A DNA stretch of 64,000 bases from an uncultured Verrucomicrobiae bacterium (GTDB taxonomy: Bacteria; Verrucomicrobiota; Verrucomicrobiia; Limisphaerales; Palsa-1400): contig CAVXRD010000001.1 in the NCBI GenBank assembly GCA_963764165.1, positions 320,001-384,000 of the forward strand, in the 5' to 3' direction. The position numbers and the translations under genes are program-made. The notes beneath the pieces were generated by a model. That model ran no database searches. It saw only the letters and a program-made list of their open reading frames with translations, and was not told the origin of the DNA. How positions within the stretch are numbered: position 1 is the first letter of the stretch; every line of letters starts with the position of its first letter. This document shows, in pieces, positions 17,711 through 28,877 of the stretch.

Positions 17711-19069
17711 TCAGAGTTTCAGAAATTGCAGAATCTCATCGTAAATTCCGCCCTGGTTGGAATACAGAGCGTAGTTTCGCGCGGTGGCAAACCATTCTTT
17801 GGTGGTTGGTTTTTGCGCGCCCGCCGCGGCCACCAGATCCTTTGTCGTCAGCGGCTTGGGAATGCCAGACTTCATTGCCTCTTGGAGTTTTCGTTCAACG
17901 GCGATGTCGATCACAGCTTTGAGGTCCGCCCCGGAAAAGTGGTCGCATTTCTTGGCGACGTGGTCGTAATCAATCTCCTCGACGGGCTTGCCGCGGCAAT
18001 TCAATCGCAGGATCGCGGCCCGCGCCGGGGCGTCCGGCGGCGGCACAAAAAGAATGCGGTCAAACCGCCCTGGGCGGCGAAAGGCGGAATCCAGATGCCA
18101 CGGGGCGTTGGTCGCGGCGAGAATCAGCACACCTTCGTTGGAACTTTGCACGCCATCCATCTCCGCCAGGAACTGGTTGATAAGCTGACGCCCGGCGTGC
18201 TGCCGCATGTCCGAACGACTCGCTCCCAGCGCATCAACCTCGTCAAAAAACAGCACGCACGGGCGATGATTGCGGGCGTGCTCGAACAATTCATGAAGAT
18301 TGCGCTCGCTCCGGCCAATCCACATATCCAGCACGTCATTGATGCCGACGGCGATGAAGGCCGCATTGATTTCCCCGGCCGTTGCGCGCGCCAGATACGT
18401 TTTCCCGCAGCCTGGTGGGCCGTACATCAGGATGCCGCCTCCAATCGATTTGCCGTAGGCTTTGTAAAGGTCGGCATGCGTCAGCGGGTGGATGATCTTA
18501 AGGCGAATCTCCTCCTTCACCTTTTCCATGCCGCCAATGTCCTTGAAATTGACCTTGGGCCGCTCCACCTCGCGTTCGACGCCTTGAGGCTCCTCACCTT
18601 CCCAAGCGGCGCGGACTTTGCCTTCAACCACTTCGCTTTCCCGCTCGTTCGCGCCGATGCCCAGGCGCGCGGCGAATTCCGTGTCCGCCACGGCGCTGTC
18701 CAGTTCAACGGCGCGGCGATACTCGAAAATGGATTTCTCGATTTCACCAGCGGCGGCAAGCAGCCGGGCGTGCAGCAGGAAGGCCCGGGCCGGGGCATTT
18801 TGGGTTTTGCACAGGTCCTCGATAATGACCAGCGCGTGGGTGTGCTTCCCCTGCTGGTGAAAAGCACGGGCGAGGCCGAGTTTCAAGGCCGGGCTGTTGG
18901 GCGCGTTGCCGAGAGCTTCACGAAATTCCTTTTCCGCTTCTTCCGCGTGACCGTGCCCGAGCAGCGTTTCGGCGAAATGCTGCCGCAGCGCGAGATTGTT
19001 GGGCGAAACGCGAAGCGCCTCGCGCAACGCTTTCAGTGCGTCATCGGCTGAGGGATTGTCAGTGCTCAT
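17711..19069 (-). CDS. AAA+ ATPase (CDC48-like single ring) with N-terminal TPRs
   Basis: GPPGCGKT, LFFDEVD, AATNAPWHLDSAFRRPGRFDR. Confidence 0.9.
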   Translation of the reverse strand: MSTDNPSADDALKALREALRVSPNNLALRQHFAETLLGHGHAEEAEKEFREALGNAPNSPALKLGLARAFHQQGKHTHALVIIEDLCKTQNAPARAFLLHARLLAAAGEIEKSIFEYRRAVELDSAVADTEFAARLGIGANERESEVVEGKVRAAWEGEEPQGVEREVERPKVNFKDIGGMEKVKEEIRLKIIHPLTHADLYKAYGKSIGGGILMYGPPGCGKTYLARATAGEINAAFIAVGINDVLDMWIGRSERNLHELFEHARNHRPCVLFFDEVDALGASRSDMRQHAGRQLINQFLAEMDGVQSSNEGVLILAATNAPWHLDSAFRRPGRFDRILFVPPPDAPARAAILRLNCRGKPVEEIDYDHVAKKCDHFSGADLKAVIDIAVERKLQEAMKSGIPKPLTTKDLVAAAGAQKPTTKEWFATARNYALYSNQGGIYDEILQFLKL

Positions 19070-19221
19070 GATCTAAAATTGACCAGCGATGCTACACTTA
19101 GACGATTCGGCTGCACAGAAAATTAGAACCTGCGGCAAGGTCCGGGAAAAACCGGTGTTGGCCGTGCCGGTTGAACCGACCTGCTCGTGAGCTTCGCCGC
19201 TGAGTTCCTCGTCTTCCGGTT

Positions 19222-19416
19222 TTACATCGCAAGATACTTTGTCGAATCTGAATCCTTCGAGACCACTGTGAAGCCATGCACCCACGCGCACTCCCAAATT
19301 TCGTCGTCCCCGGCTTCGTGCATCCCGACCAATCTCACTTGGCTCGACTCTGGAAACACATCCTCCAGATCCTTCTCCAATTTGAAGCTCAAGTTCTGGT
19401 CGAACAGCAGTTTCAT
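19222..19416 (-). pseudogene. DUF5615 PIN-like toxin, truncated
   Basis: MKLLFDQNLS...DDEIW...VVSKDSD, then stop at 64 aa (family members are about 110 aa). Confidence 0.75.
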
Positions 19417-19637
19417 CCGGCCACAGTGACGAGGCGGCGTTCGCGTTCAGAGGCGTATTCGAGACAAGCCCGGATGTCTTCCTCCGTCAATTCAGGAAAG
19501 TCGCCAATAATTTCAGCGTGCGTCATCCCCGCAGCCAGCCAGCCAAGCACGTCGGCCACGGCAATTCGCATCCTTCGGATGCACGGACGCCCGCCGCGCT
19601 TGCCGGCCTCGATGGTGATAATCTGTTTGTAATCCAT
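19413..19637 (-). CDS. DUF433 antitoxin
   Basis: GKRGGRPCIRRMRIAVADVLGWLAAGM...FPELTEEDIRACLEYA. Confidence 0.9.
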   Translation of the reverse strand: MDYKQIITIEAGKRGGRPCIRRMRIAVADVLGWLAAGMTHAEIIGDFPELTEEDIRACLEYASERERRLVTVAG

Positions 19638-19978
19638 ACTTGGTCATCCCTATAACATCCCAGCGCCGACGGACAGGCAATACTTTCGACTTTAGCCCAG
19701 CCACCGGACGCAAATGGGCACTTATGTGTGACCCTTTTTCCGATCCGAGCCAATCGCTGTTATCGCGGGAAGCTGTCGAAATGCCATGGCCGGTGAGTGC
19801 CGTCAGGCACGCCATATTTGTACCATCCACGAAATAACAGGCCCAAGCCCCGTCAGAGGCGAGACGCCTCTGCCACCTTCAACGCACCCAGCAGCAGAAG
19901 AATTTGTCCTGCGCTCCGCAGCCCGTTGCGTTTACTTTTCGCTTTTACCACGGAACGAATGCCGTTAGCGTAACCACC

Positions 19979-20899
19979 ATGGCTAAACCTGCATTGGGGC
20001 GCGGACTTGGCGCCCTGTTCAGCGGCGCGCCTTCTCCAGCTCCCGCGGCTGGAAAAGATTCCGCGCCGCCCGTCCCGACGCCCGCTCCGGCTGGCGGCGA
20101 GCAGGTGCGCCGTGTCCCTGTCAAGCAATTGCATCCCTGCCCTTTTCAACCACGCAAGGATTTCGCCCCGGAATCGCTCCAGGAATTGGCCGATTCCATC
20201 AAGGAACAGGGCATTGTGCAGCCGTTGATTGTTCGCGCCGTGGGCGACGGCTACGAAATCATCGCGGGTGAACGGCGATGGCGGGCGGCGCAATTGGCGT
20301 CGCTGACTGAAGTGCCGGTTATTGTTCGCGAAGCGGATGACCGCGCTGTCCTAGAGATGGCGCTCATCGAAAATTTGCAGCGCGAGAACCTCAATGCCAT
20401 CGAAGAAGCCCAAGGTTACGCGCAACTCGTCAGCCAGTTCCAACTCACGCAGGAACAGGCCGCCGTCAAGGTCGGCAAGAGCCGCGCGGTGGTGGCAAAT
20501 GCGCTGCGGTTGTTGAAGTTGCCGCAGGCGCTGCAGACATTTGTTCGCGATGGCCGCCTCTCGGTGGGCCATGCGAAAGTAATTCTTGGATTGCCGCTTC
20601 CTGAAACGCAGCAAACCGCGGCGGAACGGGTGTTGAAGGACGCACTCAATGTCCGCCAGACCGAGGAATTGATCGTTGAGCTGCAGAAACCGGCCCCCGA
20701 AAAAAGCGCGCCCAAACCAACTCCCGCTCCGCCGAAGACGGATGCCCACGTCATGGCGGTGCAGAACAAATTTCAGGAGCGTTTCGGCACCAAAGTCGCG
20801 ATCCGTTATAAATATGGCAGGGGCTCAGTCGAAATTAAATTTTTCAGCGACGATGATCTTGAGCGGATTTTAAAAGTCGCGGGAATCGAAATGGATTAA
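19979..20899 (+). CDS. parB: ParB/Spo0J chromosome partition protein
   Basis: MAKPALGRGLGAL, QPRKDF, IIAGERRWRAA, ALIENLQRENLNAIEEA. Confidence 0.95.
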   Translation: MAKPALGRGLGALFSGAPSPAPAAGKDSAPPVPTPAPAGGEQVRRVPVKQLHPCPFQPRKDFAPESLQELADSIKEQGIVQPLIVRAVGDGYEIIAGERRWRAAQLASLTEVPVIVREADDRAVLEMALIENLQRENLNAIEEAQGYAQLVSQFQLTQEQAAVKVGKSRAVVANALRLLKLPQALQTFVRDGRLSVGHAKVILGLPLPETQQTAAERVLKDALNVRQTEELIVELQKPAPEKSAPKPTPAPPKTDAHVMAVQNKFQERFGTKVAIRYKYGRGSVEIKFFSDDDLERILKVAGIEMD

Positions 20900-20936
20900 C
20901 GGCACAAGAGACACACGCTATTTCCCAATTACATAC

Positions 20937-22052
20937 ATGAATACACAACAACTTCGCGCGCAGTGCGCGCAAGCATTGATGGCCCAGCAGGAACGGGCGA
21001 CACATCTGAGCGCCTTTGTCGGGCTGGATGGCTTCGTCGACGAAATTCTCCACGTCGTTGACAAACGCGAAAATGCGGAAGTCTACCAGCGCCTGCCGAC
21101 CATCGCGCAACTGGCCTCGCGTTTCGCCGCCGCCGCCGGCAGAAGCACCAACCTGGAGCTTGTCAAACAAATTACCAAGCTCGGCGGCAACGGCCCGATC
21201 ATGGCCAATGCCCTGGCCAGTTTTGGCGTGCGCGTGACGTATCTCGGCGTGCTGGGTTATCCCGCGCTTCACCCCATCTTCAGTGACTTCTCGAAAAAGG
21301 CGGAAGTCTACAGCATCGGCGATCCCGGAACCACAGACGCCCTTGAATTCGACGACGGCAAGGTGATGGTTGGCAAACATTACACGCTCAAAGAAGTGAC
21401 CTGGCCGAATATCCAGGCACGATTCGGACGCGACAAGTTCGCCGCGAAATTCGGCTCGTCGGACCTCGTCGGCTTTGTCAATTGGACAATGCTCCCCTAC
21501 ATGAGTGATGTCTGGGAAGCGATCCTCTCTGAAATCTGCCCGTCGATGAAAGGCCCGCGCCGCACGATTTTCTTCGATCTGGCCGACCCCGAGAAACGCA
21601 CGAAGGAGGACATTTTGCGCGCGCTGGATTTGATCGGGAAATTTGAGCCTTATTTCGATGTCATCCTCGGGTTGAACGAGAAGGAGGCATACGAAATCGG
21701 CAACGTGCTCGGGATGAAACCGGCATCCACCACGCCGGATGCGTTGATGGATTTTTGCATTGCGATCGCGAAACAGTTGAAATGCGGCACACTGGTGGTG
21801 CATCCAGTTTCCTACGCGCTGGCGATTACGAAGGGCCAGGGCGCGATGGTGGAAGGGCCGTTCACGCCCAAGCCGCTGATCACCACCGGCGCGGGCGATC
21901 ATTTCAATTCCGGCTTCTGCCTTGGAAAATTGCTTGGCTTTGACAACGCGATGAGCGTCCTAACGGGCGTCACAACCAGCGGTTATTACGTCCGCTCGGC
22001 GCAGAGCCCGACGATTCCGCAACTCGCGGCGATGTTGAACGAGCCAGCGTAA
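20937..22052 (+). CDS. PfkB/ribokinase-family carbohydrate kinase-like protein
   Basis: GGNGPIMANAL and TTGAGDHFNSGF motifs. Confidence 0.8.
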   Translation: MNTQQLRAQCAQALMAQQERATHLSAFVGLDGFVDEILHVVDKRENAEVYQRLPTIAQLASRFAAAAGRSTNLELVKQITKLGGNGPIMANALASFGVRVTYLGVLGYPALHPIFSDFSKKAEVYSIGDPGTTDALEFDDGKVMVGKHYTLKEVTWPNIQARFGRDKFAAKFGSSDLVGFVNWTMLPYMSDVWEAILSEICPSMKGPRRTIFFDLADPEKRTKEDILRALDLIGKFEPYFDVILGLNEKEAYEIGNVLGMKPASTTPDALMDFCIAIAKQLKCGTLVVHPVSYALAITKGQGAMVEGPFTPKPLITTGAGDHFNSGFCLGKLLGFDNAMSVLTGVTTSGYYVRSAQSPTIPQLAAMLNEPA

Positions 22053-22056
22053 GCGC

Positions 22057-22632
22057 ATGATCTTGGAGGTTGTCAAATACGGGCATCCGGCCTTGCGGCA
22101 AAAAGGGGCGCGGATTGAAAAAGTCACGCCCGAGATCGAGAAACTGATCGCCGACATGTTCGACACAATGTACGTGTCGAAAGGCGTAGGCCTCGCGGCC
22201 CAGCAAGTCGGCAAGGCATTGCAGTTGACAGTGGTGGACGTGCGGGCTTCGACGGAACGCCCGTCCACGCTTGAACTCGACGGCAAGCCGGCGGTGGTGG
22301 AGCCGTTCATGCCGCTGGTGCTGATCAATCCCAAAGTGGAACCCGTTGCCGATCCCGAGGAAGGCCCCGAGGGCTGCCTGAGCTTCCCCGAGATTTACGC
22401 GGATATCAGCCGCCCAGCGAAAGTGGACGTAACCGCCACGAATGAGAAGGGCGAGGAAATCAAATTTCGCGCGGGCGGATTGCTGGCCCGGGCCGTTCAA
22501 CACGAACTCGATCATTTGAACGGAATCCTTTTCATCGACCGCATGAAACGAGCGGACAAGGAAAAGCTGCGGGACGAATTGGATGTGCTGCAAGCCGAGA
22601 CCAAGGCTGAGCTGAAAAAGAAAAAGAAGTGA
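22057..22632 (+). CDS. def: Peptide deformylase
   Basis: GVGLAAQQ, EGCLS, QHELDHLNG. Confidence 0.95.
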   Translation: MILEVVKYGHPALRQKGARIEKVTPEIEKLIADMFDTMYVSKGVGLAAQQVGKALQLTVVDVRASTERPSTLELDGKPAVVEPFMPLVLINPKVEPVADPEEGPEGCLSFPEIYADISRPAKVDVTATNEKGEEIKFRAGGLLARAVQHELDHLNGILFIDRMKRADKEKLRDELDVLQAETKAELKKKKK

Positions 22633-22757
22633 GCGGCAGCCATGCGGAAAAGTTTTCAACTTTTGCCGTGCGGCGTGAGACGAAAAAAATACGAGGAACA
22701 TTCGTCAAAGCAGCGGGAAGAATTTTTATGCAGACCGCAGATGTTCTGTTTCCCGTA

Positions 22758-22956
22758 CCTCTCATTAACACCCCGCTTCAGCGGGGTGCGGGCGCCGTCG
22801 GCCCGACAAAAACCGTTTCAACGGTTTTGGCATCGCGTCACTTCGCCCCGTAACGTTCCACCCGCAATTTCGGCGCGGCAAGACCGGAAACCGTTAAAAC
22901 GGTTTCCTCTTCGCTCGCATGGGGCCTCCCCGCTGAAGCGGGGTGTTAATGAGAGG
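22758..22956. repeat. 199-bp REPIN/MITE-like element with 29-bp perfect terminal inverted repeats and internal palindromes
   Basis: CCTCTCATTAACACCCCGCTTCAGCGGGG ... CCCCGCTGAAGCGGGGTGTTAATGAGAGG; internal AAACCGTTTCAACGGTTT and AAACCGTTAAAACGGTTT. Confidence 0.85.
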
Positions 22957-22971
22957 AAAGCCAGAAGATTC

Positions 22972-25026
22972 TTGTCGTGCGCCTTTTTGCTGCGGCTTGC
23001 CATAATTTTTGTTGACGTCAATTTGCGGGCAGAGGCACCGCGGGGCCTGCGCCCTTGGAACGACTATCGCACGATCATGTGGATTGGCGAAAGTCCGGGG
23101 CGCAAGCCGGACAAACTTCCGCTTTTCTATCAGCGCCTCAAAGAAATGGGCATCAATACTACAATGGTTTCAGGCGAGGCGGATCCCGCGCCTGCTTTGG
23201 AGAATCATTTTCCATATTACGTTGAGAACATGGTCAATCGCGGGCTGTGCCTGAAGTTCAATTCCAATGTTCGCGACTGGGATAAATTTGTCACCGAGTG
23301 GAACAAAAACGGGCGGCCAAAATCCGCGATGACGCGAGACTATTGCCTTGTCGATCCTGAATGGCGTGATTGGGCAAGCAAGGAAGTGACGCGCATCGCC
23401 TCGCAAAACGCTCAGCACCACCCGCTCGCCTACAATTTGCGCGACGAACTTTCCACGACGTATTCAGCCAACCCGTTCGATTACGATTTCAGCCCCGCGT
23501 CGCTCGCCGCGTTTCGGAAATGGCTGCATGGACGATATTCGACTTTGGCCGCGCTGAATGCGGAATGGGAGACCGCATTTTCCAATTGGGACGAGGTCAC
23601 GCCCTTCACCACCGACGAAATCAAAGCGCGCATGTCCGGCCAAAAACCTGGCGTCAAAGCCGATTGGCCGGAGTTGCGCGCGATGAAATTCGACAAAGAG
23701 TTGGCAAGGCAAAATCCCCTGCGTTGGAACTTCGCCCCGTGGGCGGACTTCCGCAGTTTCATGGATCGTTCGCTGATGGACACCTTGCAAACTCTCACGA
23801 TTGCAGCGCATCACATCGATCCAGAAACGCCCGTCGGCATCGAAGGAACGCAAATGCCGAGCGCGTTCGGCGGATATGATTTTCGGCATCTGGCGGATGA
23901 GATGGACTGGGTCGAGGCCTATGATATTGGCAGCTCGCGCGAGATTCTGGAATCGTTCATGGCGTTCAAGCCAGTTCTCACTACGGTTTTTGAGAACGAC
24001 ACCAACCACGCGCGCCGCCGCCTGTGGCATCTCTTGCTCGAGGGCGATCGCGGATGCATCGTCTGGTGGAGCGAGGACTGCATTGACTTCACACGCGACG
24101 ACTACGCGCTGACGCCCAAGGCAAAGGCGCTGGCCCCGGTTCTCAAAGAGATGGCTTCGCCGCTGGCCAAGATTTTCATTCGTCCGGCGCTGAGGACGAG
24201 ATCGTCCATTTACATTTTGTATTCCCAGCCAAGCATTCAACTCGATTGGATGCTGGAGTCCGCGCCCGACGGCGTGACGTGGCAGCGGCGTTTTTCCAGT
24301 TACGAAGCCGCCAACAACCACATGATCCAAATGAGGGATGGCTGGCTCAAGGCATTGCAGGATTTGGGCTATGATCCCGTGTTTCTCGCCACGGATGAGT
24401 TGGACACAGGCATGATGCCCGGCTCGGGCGTTCTTATATTGACAGACGCCGCCGCCCTCGACGACGTGACCGCCGCGAAGGTCAACGCCTTCGCGGCGCA
24501 AAACACGGTGCTCTACGATGCGGAGCCCGGAACATTCGATGGGCACTGCAAGCTGCGAATAACGAACGCAATTCATGTGGACACCTCAGGAAAATGCCCG
24601 TTCGATCCGGCGGACTATGCGAAGAATCGCCTTGGCAACAAAATGAGCGGAACGAGCAATTTGGCGGCGTGGCTCTCAGGCAAATTGAAGGCGCCGCCAG
24701 TTCCACTGGACGCCTCGGACCACGTTCGCTTGCACCAATACTACACCGGGGCGGCAAACATCCTCGCGTTCGAGCGGAACGCGGAATATTCGATGAGCGA
24801 GTCACTCTCGCAGGCGGGCGGCAATGAGGCGCTGGAAAAGCCGATTTCGCAAAATGTGATTTTGGCGGAGAAAGGGCATTTGTATGATCTCAACACCGGC
24901 GCTTACTTGGGCTTCACAAATCAATTGCGCTTCACGCTCGACCCGTGGCATCCATCGTTGTTCGCGGCTGCCCGGAGAAAAATTGAGGACGGGAAATTGA
25001 TCGAGACCCTTGGTTTCCGCGAGTAA
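22972..25026 (+). CDS. Beta-galactosidase (GH42)-like glycoside hydrolase; start uncertain
   Basis: AFRKWLHGRYSTLAALNAEWETAFSNWDEV, WADFRSF; the ORF 5' extension runs through a repeat and is probably non-coding. Confidence 0.7.
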   Translation: MSCAFLLRLAIIFVDVNLRAEAPRGLRPWNDYRTIMWIGESPGRKPDKLPLFYQRLKEMGINTTMVSGEADPAPALENHFPYYVENMVNRGLCLKFNSNVRDWDKFVTEWNKNGRPKSAMTRDYCLVDPEWRDWASKEVTRIASQNAQHHPLAYNLRDELSTTYSANPFDYDFSPASLAAFRKWLHGRYSTLAALNAEWETAFSNWDEVTPFTTDEIKARMSGQKPGVKADWPELRAMKFDKELARQNPLRWNFAPWADFRSFMDRSLMDTLQTLTIAAHHIDPETPVGIEGTQMPSAFGGYDFRHLADEMDWVEAYDIGSSREILESFMAFKPVLTTVFENDTNHARRRLWHLLLEGDRGCIVWWSEDCIDFTRDDYALTPKAKALAPVLKEMASPLAKIFIRPALRTRSSIYILYSQPSIQLDWMLESAPDGVTWQRRFSSYEAANNHMIQMRDGWLKALQDLGYDPVFLATDELDTGMMPGSGVLILTDAAALDDVTAAKVNAFAAQNTVLYDAEPGTFDGHCKLRITNAIHVDTSGKCPFDPADYAKNRLGNKMSGTSNLAAWLSGKLKAPPVPLDASDHVRLHQYYTGAANILAFERNAEYSMSESLSQAGGNEALEKPISQNVILAEKGHLYDLNTGAYLGFTNQLRFTLDPWHPSLFAAARRKIEDGKLIETLGFRE

Positions 25027-25043
25027 CCGCGCATCGCGAAGCG

Positions 25044-25076
25044 AGGTAGGGACGCCTCGGCGAGGCGTACCTGCCT
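25044..25076 (+). repeat. REP family A copy between convergent genes
   Basis: AGGTAGGGACGCCTCGGCGAGGCGT. Confidence 0.85.
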
Positions 25077-25851
25077 ACTGACTCCTTTCGAGCGCGGCAA
25101 GGTTCGCGGCAGACGCCGCATCCAGAAAGTATTTCACACCCGAATGCCACCGCAGCGCGGAAGCGGGAGCGGCGGGATTAATTTCTCCTGTCAAACATTC
25201 CGCCACTGCCTTGGCTTTGCGGGCGTCCGGGACAATGCAGAGGATCTGCTTCGCCTTGAGAATTTGCTGAATCGACATGGAGATGGCGCGCAACGGCACG
25301 TCCTCCAAAGTCGGAAACCAGCCTTCTCCCCATTGTTGACGGCGGCACGCCTCGTCCAGAGTGACGACAATGTAAGGCTCCTCCGTCACAAAGTCAGCGG
25401 GCGGATCGTTGAAGGCAAGATGCCCATTTTCGCCGATGCCGACGAAGGCCACATCAATCGGCGCTGCGTTCAAAGCCGCGCCCACCGCGCGGCAGACACC
25501 GCCCGGCTCCGCTTCGCCGTAAAGAAGATGGTATTGGGAAATGCACGCGGGCTGAATAAGCCGCTCCAGAAGATATTTCCGAAAGCTCGCCTGATGCGTG
25601 GCAGGCAGCCCAATGTACTCGTCAAGATGAAACATTTCCGTGCGGCTCCAGTCGACATCTTTGCGCGATGCCAATGCCGACAGAAAATGAATCTGCGAAG
25701 CTCCCGTCGCGGCTATAAAGCGCGCCCTGCCCTGCCGCGCAATGGCGTCGTTCAAAATGGAAGCCGCTTCCTCCGCGGCAGCGCGGCTCAATTCGTCGCG
25801 ATTGGGAAAAATCCGAATGTCTTGGGACGGCGCGAGATTAATTTTGATCAT
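25075..25851 (-). CDS. Glucosamine-6-phosphate deaminase-like (NagB family)
   Basis: [28 protein letters not shown]. Confidence 0.85.
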   Translation of the reverse strand: MIKINLAPSQDIRIFPNRDELSRAAAEEAASILNDAIARQGRARFIAATGASQIHFLSALASRKDVDWSRTEMFHLDEYIGLPATHQASFRKYLLERLIQPACISQYHLLYGEAEPGGVCRAVGAALNAAPIDVAFVGIGENGHLAFNDPPADFVTEEPYIVVTLDEACRRQQWGEGWFPTLEDVPLRAISMSIQQILKAKQILCIVPDARKAKAVAECLTGEINPAAPASALRWHSGVKYFLDAASAANLAALERSQ

Positions 25852-25884
25852 ATCGCGCGGCGCCACCATCGCGCCCAACGGAAA

Positions 25885-26334
25885 TCAATGCTTTGGCCGC
25901 AGCAGAATCGCCTTCTTGGTCGTGCCCTCGACTTCGACGCTGCTGGCTTCGATGCCCGGGTCGTCCTTCAAGGAATTGTAAATGACGCGCCGATCAAACG
26001 CGCTCATCGGCTCCATCTCGACGACATCGCCCCAGCGGCGCACCTTCTCGGCGGCAGCCTGCGCTTTTTGCACGAGAGCTTCGCGGGCCTTGGAACGGTA
26101 GCCGCCGACATCGATGAGAACCTTGGGAGCGTTTTGATCCTTCTGAAAAAGCATCCGGTTGGTGATATACTGAAGGTCGGATAACGTCTGCCCCTGGCGG
26201 CCAATCAAGCGGCCCGAGTCGTCCGTTTTGACGTCGAGGAAAACACCGTCGTCCAGAGGATGTTCTTCGACGGTCGCTTCAAATCCCAGTGTCTTGAGGA
26301 TTTCTTCGAGTATGGCTTTGGCTTGCTCAGGCAT
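25885..26334 (-). CDS. jag: Jag/KhpB-like KH-R3H RNA-binding protein (short form)
   Basis: LIGRQGQTLSDLQY, EPMSAFDRRVIYNSL; downstream of yidC. Confidence 0.85.
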   Translation of the reverse strand: MPEQAKAILEEILKTLGFEATVEEHPLDDGVFLDVKTDDSGRLIGRQGQTLSDLQYITNRMLFQKDQNAPKVLIDVGGYRSKAREALVQKAQAAAEKVRRWGDVVEMEPMSAFDRRVIYNSLKDDPGIEASSVEVEGTTKKAILLRPKH

Positions 26335-26384
26335 AGAACCCAACTACTTTCTCCGGGCAATATAGCCCGGCTGTCAAACATTGG

Positions 26385-28193
26385 CTATCTTTTTTTCCTG
26401 ACCGGCACGGCGGCAACGGTGACTGGCGCGTTGCTGTCGGTCGTCCTGGTCAGCTTCAATTGCAAAATGCTCAGCAGCGTGCTGACCGTCCAATAAAGCG
26501 TCAAACCGGCGGACATCCGGTAGAAAAATACGATCATCATCAGCGGCATCCAGCGCATCAATTTTTGCTGGGCGGGATCCATCCCGGGCGATGGCGGCAT
26601 GGTATGCGATTGCCAAAGCTGGGTCGCGCCCATGATGAGAGGAAGCGGGTTAATGGGGAGGCTTCCGACAAACGGCAGCGTAATCGAGGCAATGGTGTCC
26701 GGCTGCGAAAGATCCCACGCCCACAGAAAATGCGCGCCCCGCAATTCAATGGCCCCGCGCAGCATCGAATAGAAGCCAATGAACACCGGCAATTGAAGCA
26801 TGCTCGGGATGCAACTGCCCATCGGGTTGATCTTGTTCTGCTTGTAAAATTCCAGCGTTTTCTCGTTCTTCTTGACGGCATCGTCCTTGTATTTCTCGGA
26901 GATCGCCTTGAGTTGCGGCTGCAGCGCTTGCATGCGCTTCTGGGATTTGTTGGCTGACGCCGTGAGCGGCCAGAACACCATCTTCAGCACAAACGTGATG
27001 ATGACGATATCGAGCCAGTACGACGCCCCCAGCAGGCTGTGGAGCCCGTTCAAAGTCAAGAGCATCAGCTTGGGCACGTAACCCCAAAAACCTGTGAAAT
27101 CCATGATCAGGTCCAGGTTGTTGTCCATCGCCTCGCCGATGTGGGCCAGGCGGTTGTATTCCTTCGGCCCAGCGTAGAAAGTGAAGTCGGACTCAATCGT
27201 TTGGCTGGCGGCCAGGGTGGCGCTTGGGTAAACGAGGGATGCCTGATAGCCATTTGTCAGGTAGGCCGTCATCGCGTTGGTGGGGCCGCTCATATCCGGC
27301 GGATCCACCCGGATCTTGTCGATGATGACTTCGGCGGCGTTTGTCGGTGGTATTGCGGCGAGCGCAAAAAACTGATTGTCCACCGCCGCCCAAACCACAT
27401 TGGTGGCGCCGTCTTCAAAGCGCCAGCGCGGCGTTCCGGTGCCGGGCACGCACCCGAAAAGGCGATTAGCATACCATCCGTCGCGGATTTTGGTGGATTT
27501 TACGCCGTTGAACCAGAGCCCTCCAATCGCCGTGGGATCATCCAGCGGGCCGATGGCCGTCGCAGTGCCAATGACAATATCGCGATCCGGCAGCGCCAAT
27601 GGCTGCGCAGTGGAATTCTCCAGCCACAGACGCGCCTTGAACATGTAATTCGTCCCCGGCGTGAATTCCTTCACGACTCGCAAACCGTTATGAAACTTCT
27701 TCTCGGCGTGAACGACATCGCCCTTCCTGGAAAGCTCAAAATCTCCGGTGCCGTCGAGATCGGATCCCATCAGCGCAAAAATCGGAAGCGTCGCGTTGTG
27801 GTTCAGACAGGCCAGCTCGTTGCTGGAAGGAGCGGGCTGGCCGGGACGGCGAACCACCGCCTGAAAATTGCGCAATTCAATGTCCTTCACACCGCCGCCA
27901 TGAGAAGTGAAGTGGAAAATTAAATCCTCATTGGTGACGGAGATGATTTGCTCTGGGCCTTCGTTGCGGGACGTCGCATTCGTCGACGACTGTGGCGCGC
28001 CCGGCGATGCAATCGCCGTATTGGATGCGCTGCTGTTGGGCTGCGGAGCGTTGGTCAATCGCGCTTGCGGATGAATTGCGCTGGGCGGCGGCAACACCAC
28101 CTTCTTGGGCGGAAAATAATGGTCGATCACCGGCGACGCTACAAAGTAGAGCGCGATGGCAGCGACAAGGATAATGATCGATTTACGATCCAT
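26385..28193 (-). CDS. yidC: Membrane protein insertase YidC
   Basis: [46 protein letters not shown]. Confidence 0.95.
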   Translation of the reverse strand: MDRKSIIILVAAIALYFVASPVIDHYFPPKKVVLPPPSAIHPQARLTNAPQPNSSASNTAIASPGAPQSSTNATSRNEGPEQIISVTNEDLIFHFTSHGGGVKDIELRNFQAVVRRPGQPAPSSNELACLNHNATLPIFALMGSDLDGTGDFELSRKGDVVHAEKKFHNGLRVVKEFTPGTNYMFKARLWLENSTAQPLALPDRDIVIGTATAIGPLDDPTAIGGLWFNGVKSTKIRDGWYANRLFGCVPGTGTPRWRFEDGATNVVWAAVDNQFFALAAIPPTNAAEVIIDKIRVDPPDMSGPTNAMTAYLTNGYQASLVYPSATLAASQTIESDFTFYAGPKEYNRLAHIGEAMDNNLDLIMDFTGFWGYVPKLMLLTLNGLHSLLGASYWLDIVIITFVLKMVFWPLTASANKSQKRMQALQPQLKAISEKYKDDAVKKNEKTLEFYKQNKINPMGSCIPSMLQLPVFIGFYSMLRGAIELRGAHFLWAWDLSQPDTIASITLPFVGSLPINPLPLIMGATQLWQSHTMPPSPGMDPAQQKLMRWMPLMMIVFFYRMSAGLTLYWTVSTLLSILQLKLTRTTDSNAPVTVAAVPVRKKR

Positions 28194-28476
28194 GGCAAAT
28201 TCCAGAAGTCCGCAAAGTATGTTTTACCGAACGTGAAGGCGGCGGGCACGGATCATCGCCGCACTTGCCCCACGGATGGCATCGCCCCAAACGGCGCAAC
28301 GCCAGCCACCCGCCGCGAATGACCCCATGCTTTTCGATGGCCTCCCGCGCATATTGCGAGCAGCTCGGATTAAAACGGCAGCGCGCCGAAGGCCCCAAAA
28401 TGAAGACCAATATCGGCGAAATAAAAAGCTGATAGAGACGGATGCAGAAGCTGAGGCTAAATTGAACGATATTCAT
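28183..28476 (-). CDS. yidD: Membrane protein insertion efficiency factor
   Basis: [19 protein letters not shown]. Confidence 0.95.
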   Translation of the reverse strand: MNIVQFSLSFCIRLYQLFISPILVFILGPSARCRFNPSCSQYAREAIEKHGVIRGGWLALRRLGRCHPWGKCGDDPCPPPSRSVKHTLRTSGICHGS

Positions 28477-28497
28477 GCGCCAGACCCGTTAGCAGCC

Positions 28498-28863
28498 CTA
28501 TTCCAAACCCGCCTGACGGAGAACGCGCACCAAGTCGTTTTCGACCTCAGCCAGCTTCTTGCCGGCAATGGACGGACGTGCGATCAACACCAAGTCCACC
28601 GGTTTCGACAAACCATGCTGATGCAGGCGAAAGCCTTCGCGCAACAAACGGCGAGCCCGGCTGCGCACCACGGCGCCCCCAATCTTCCGGCTCGTGACAA
28701 CGCCAAGACGGCTCGATTGCCCCGCCGGACGCGGCAGGACATTGGCAATCAGACAGCCGCAGACCAATCGGCGGCCTTGGGCCTTGGCGCGGGCAAATTC
28801 ACCCCGCATCTTGAGGCGGCTGGCACGCGGAAAGGTCAAACGCGAAGATGGCGTTTGGGCCAT
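28498..28863 (-). CDS. rnpA: Ribonuclease P protein component
   Basis: RLGVVTSRKIGGAVVRSRARRLLRE; synteny. Confidence 0.95.
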   Translation of the reverse strand: MAQTPSSRLTFPRASRLKMRGEFARAKAQGRRLVCGCLIANVLPRPAGQSSRLGVVTSRKIGGAVVRSRARRLLREGFRLHQHGLSKPVDLVLIARPSIAGKKLAEVENDLVRVLRQAGLE

Positions 28864-28877
28864 GCGATTGAGCGCAA

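Noticed and set aside
17666..19051. Long antisense ORFs (also 31387-32823, 40692-42518, 50904-52733)
   Set aside because: Shadow frames of well-supported genes in high-GC DNA with no recognisable motifs
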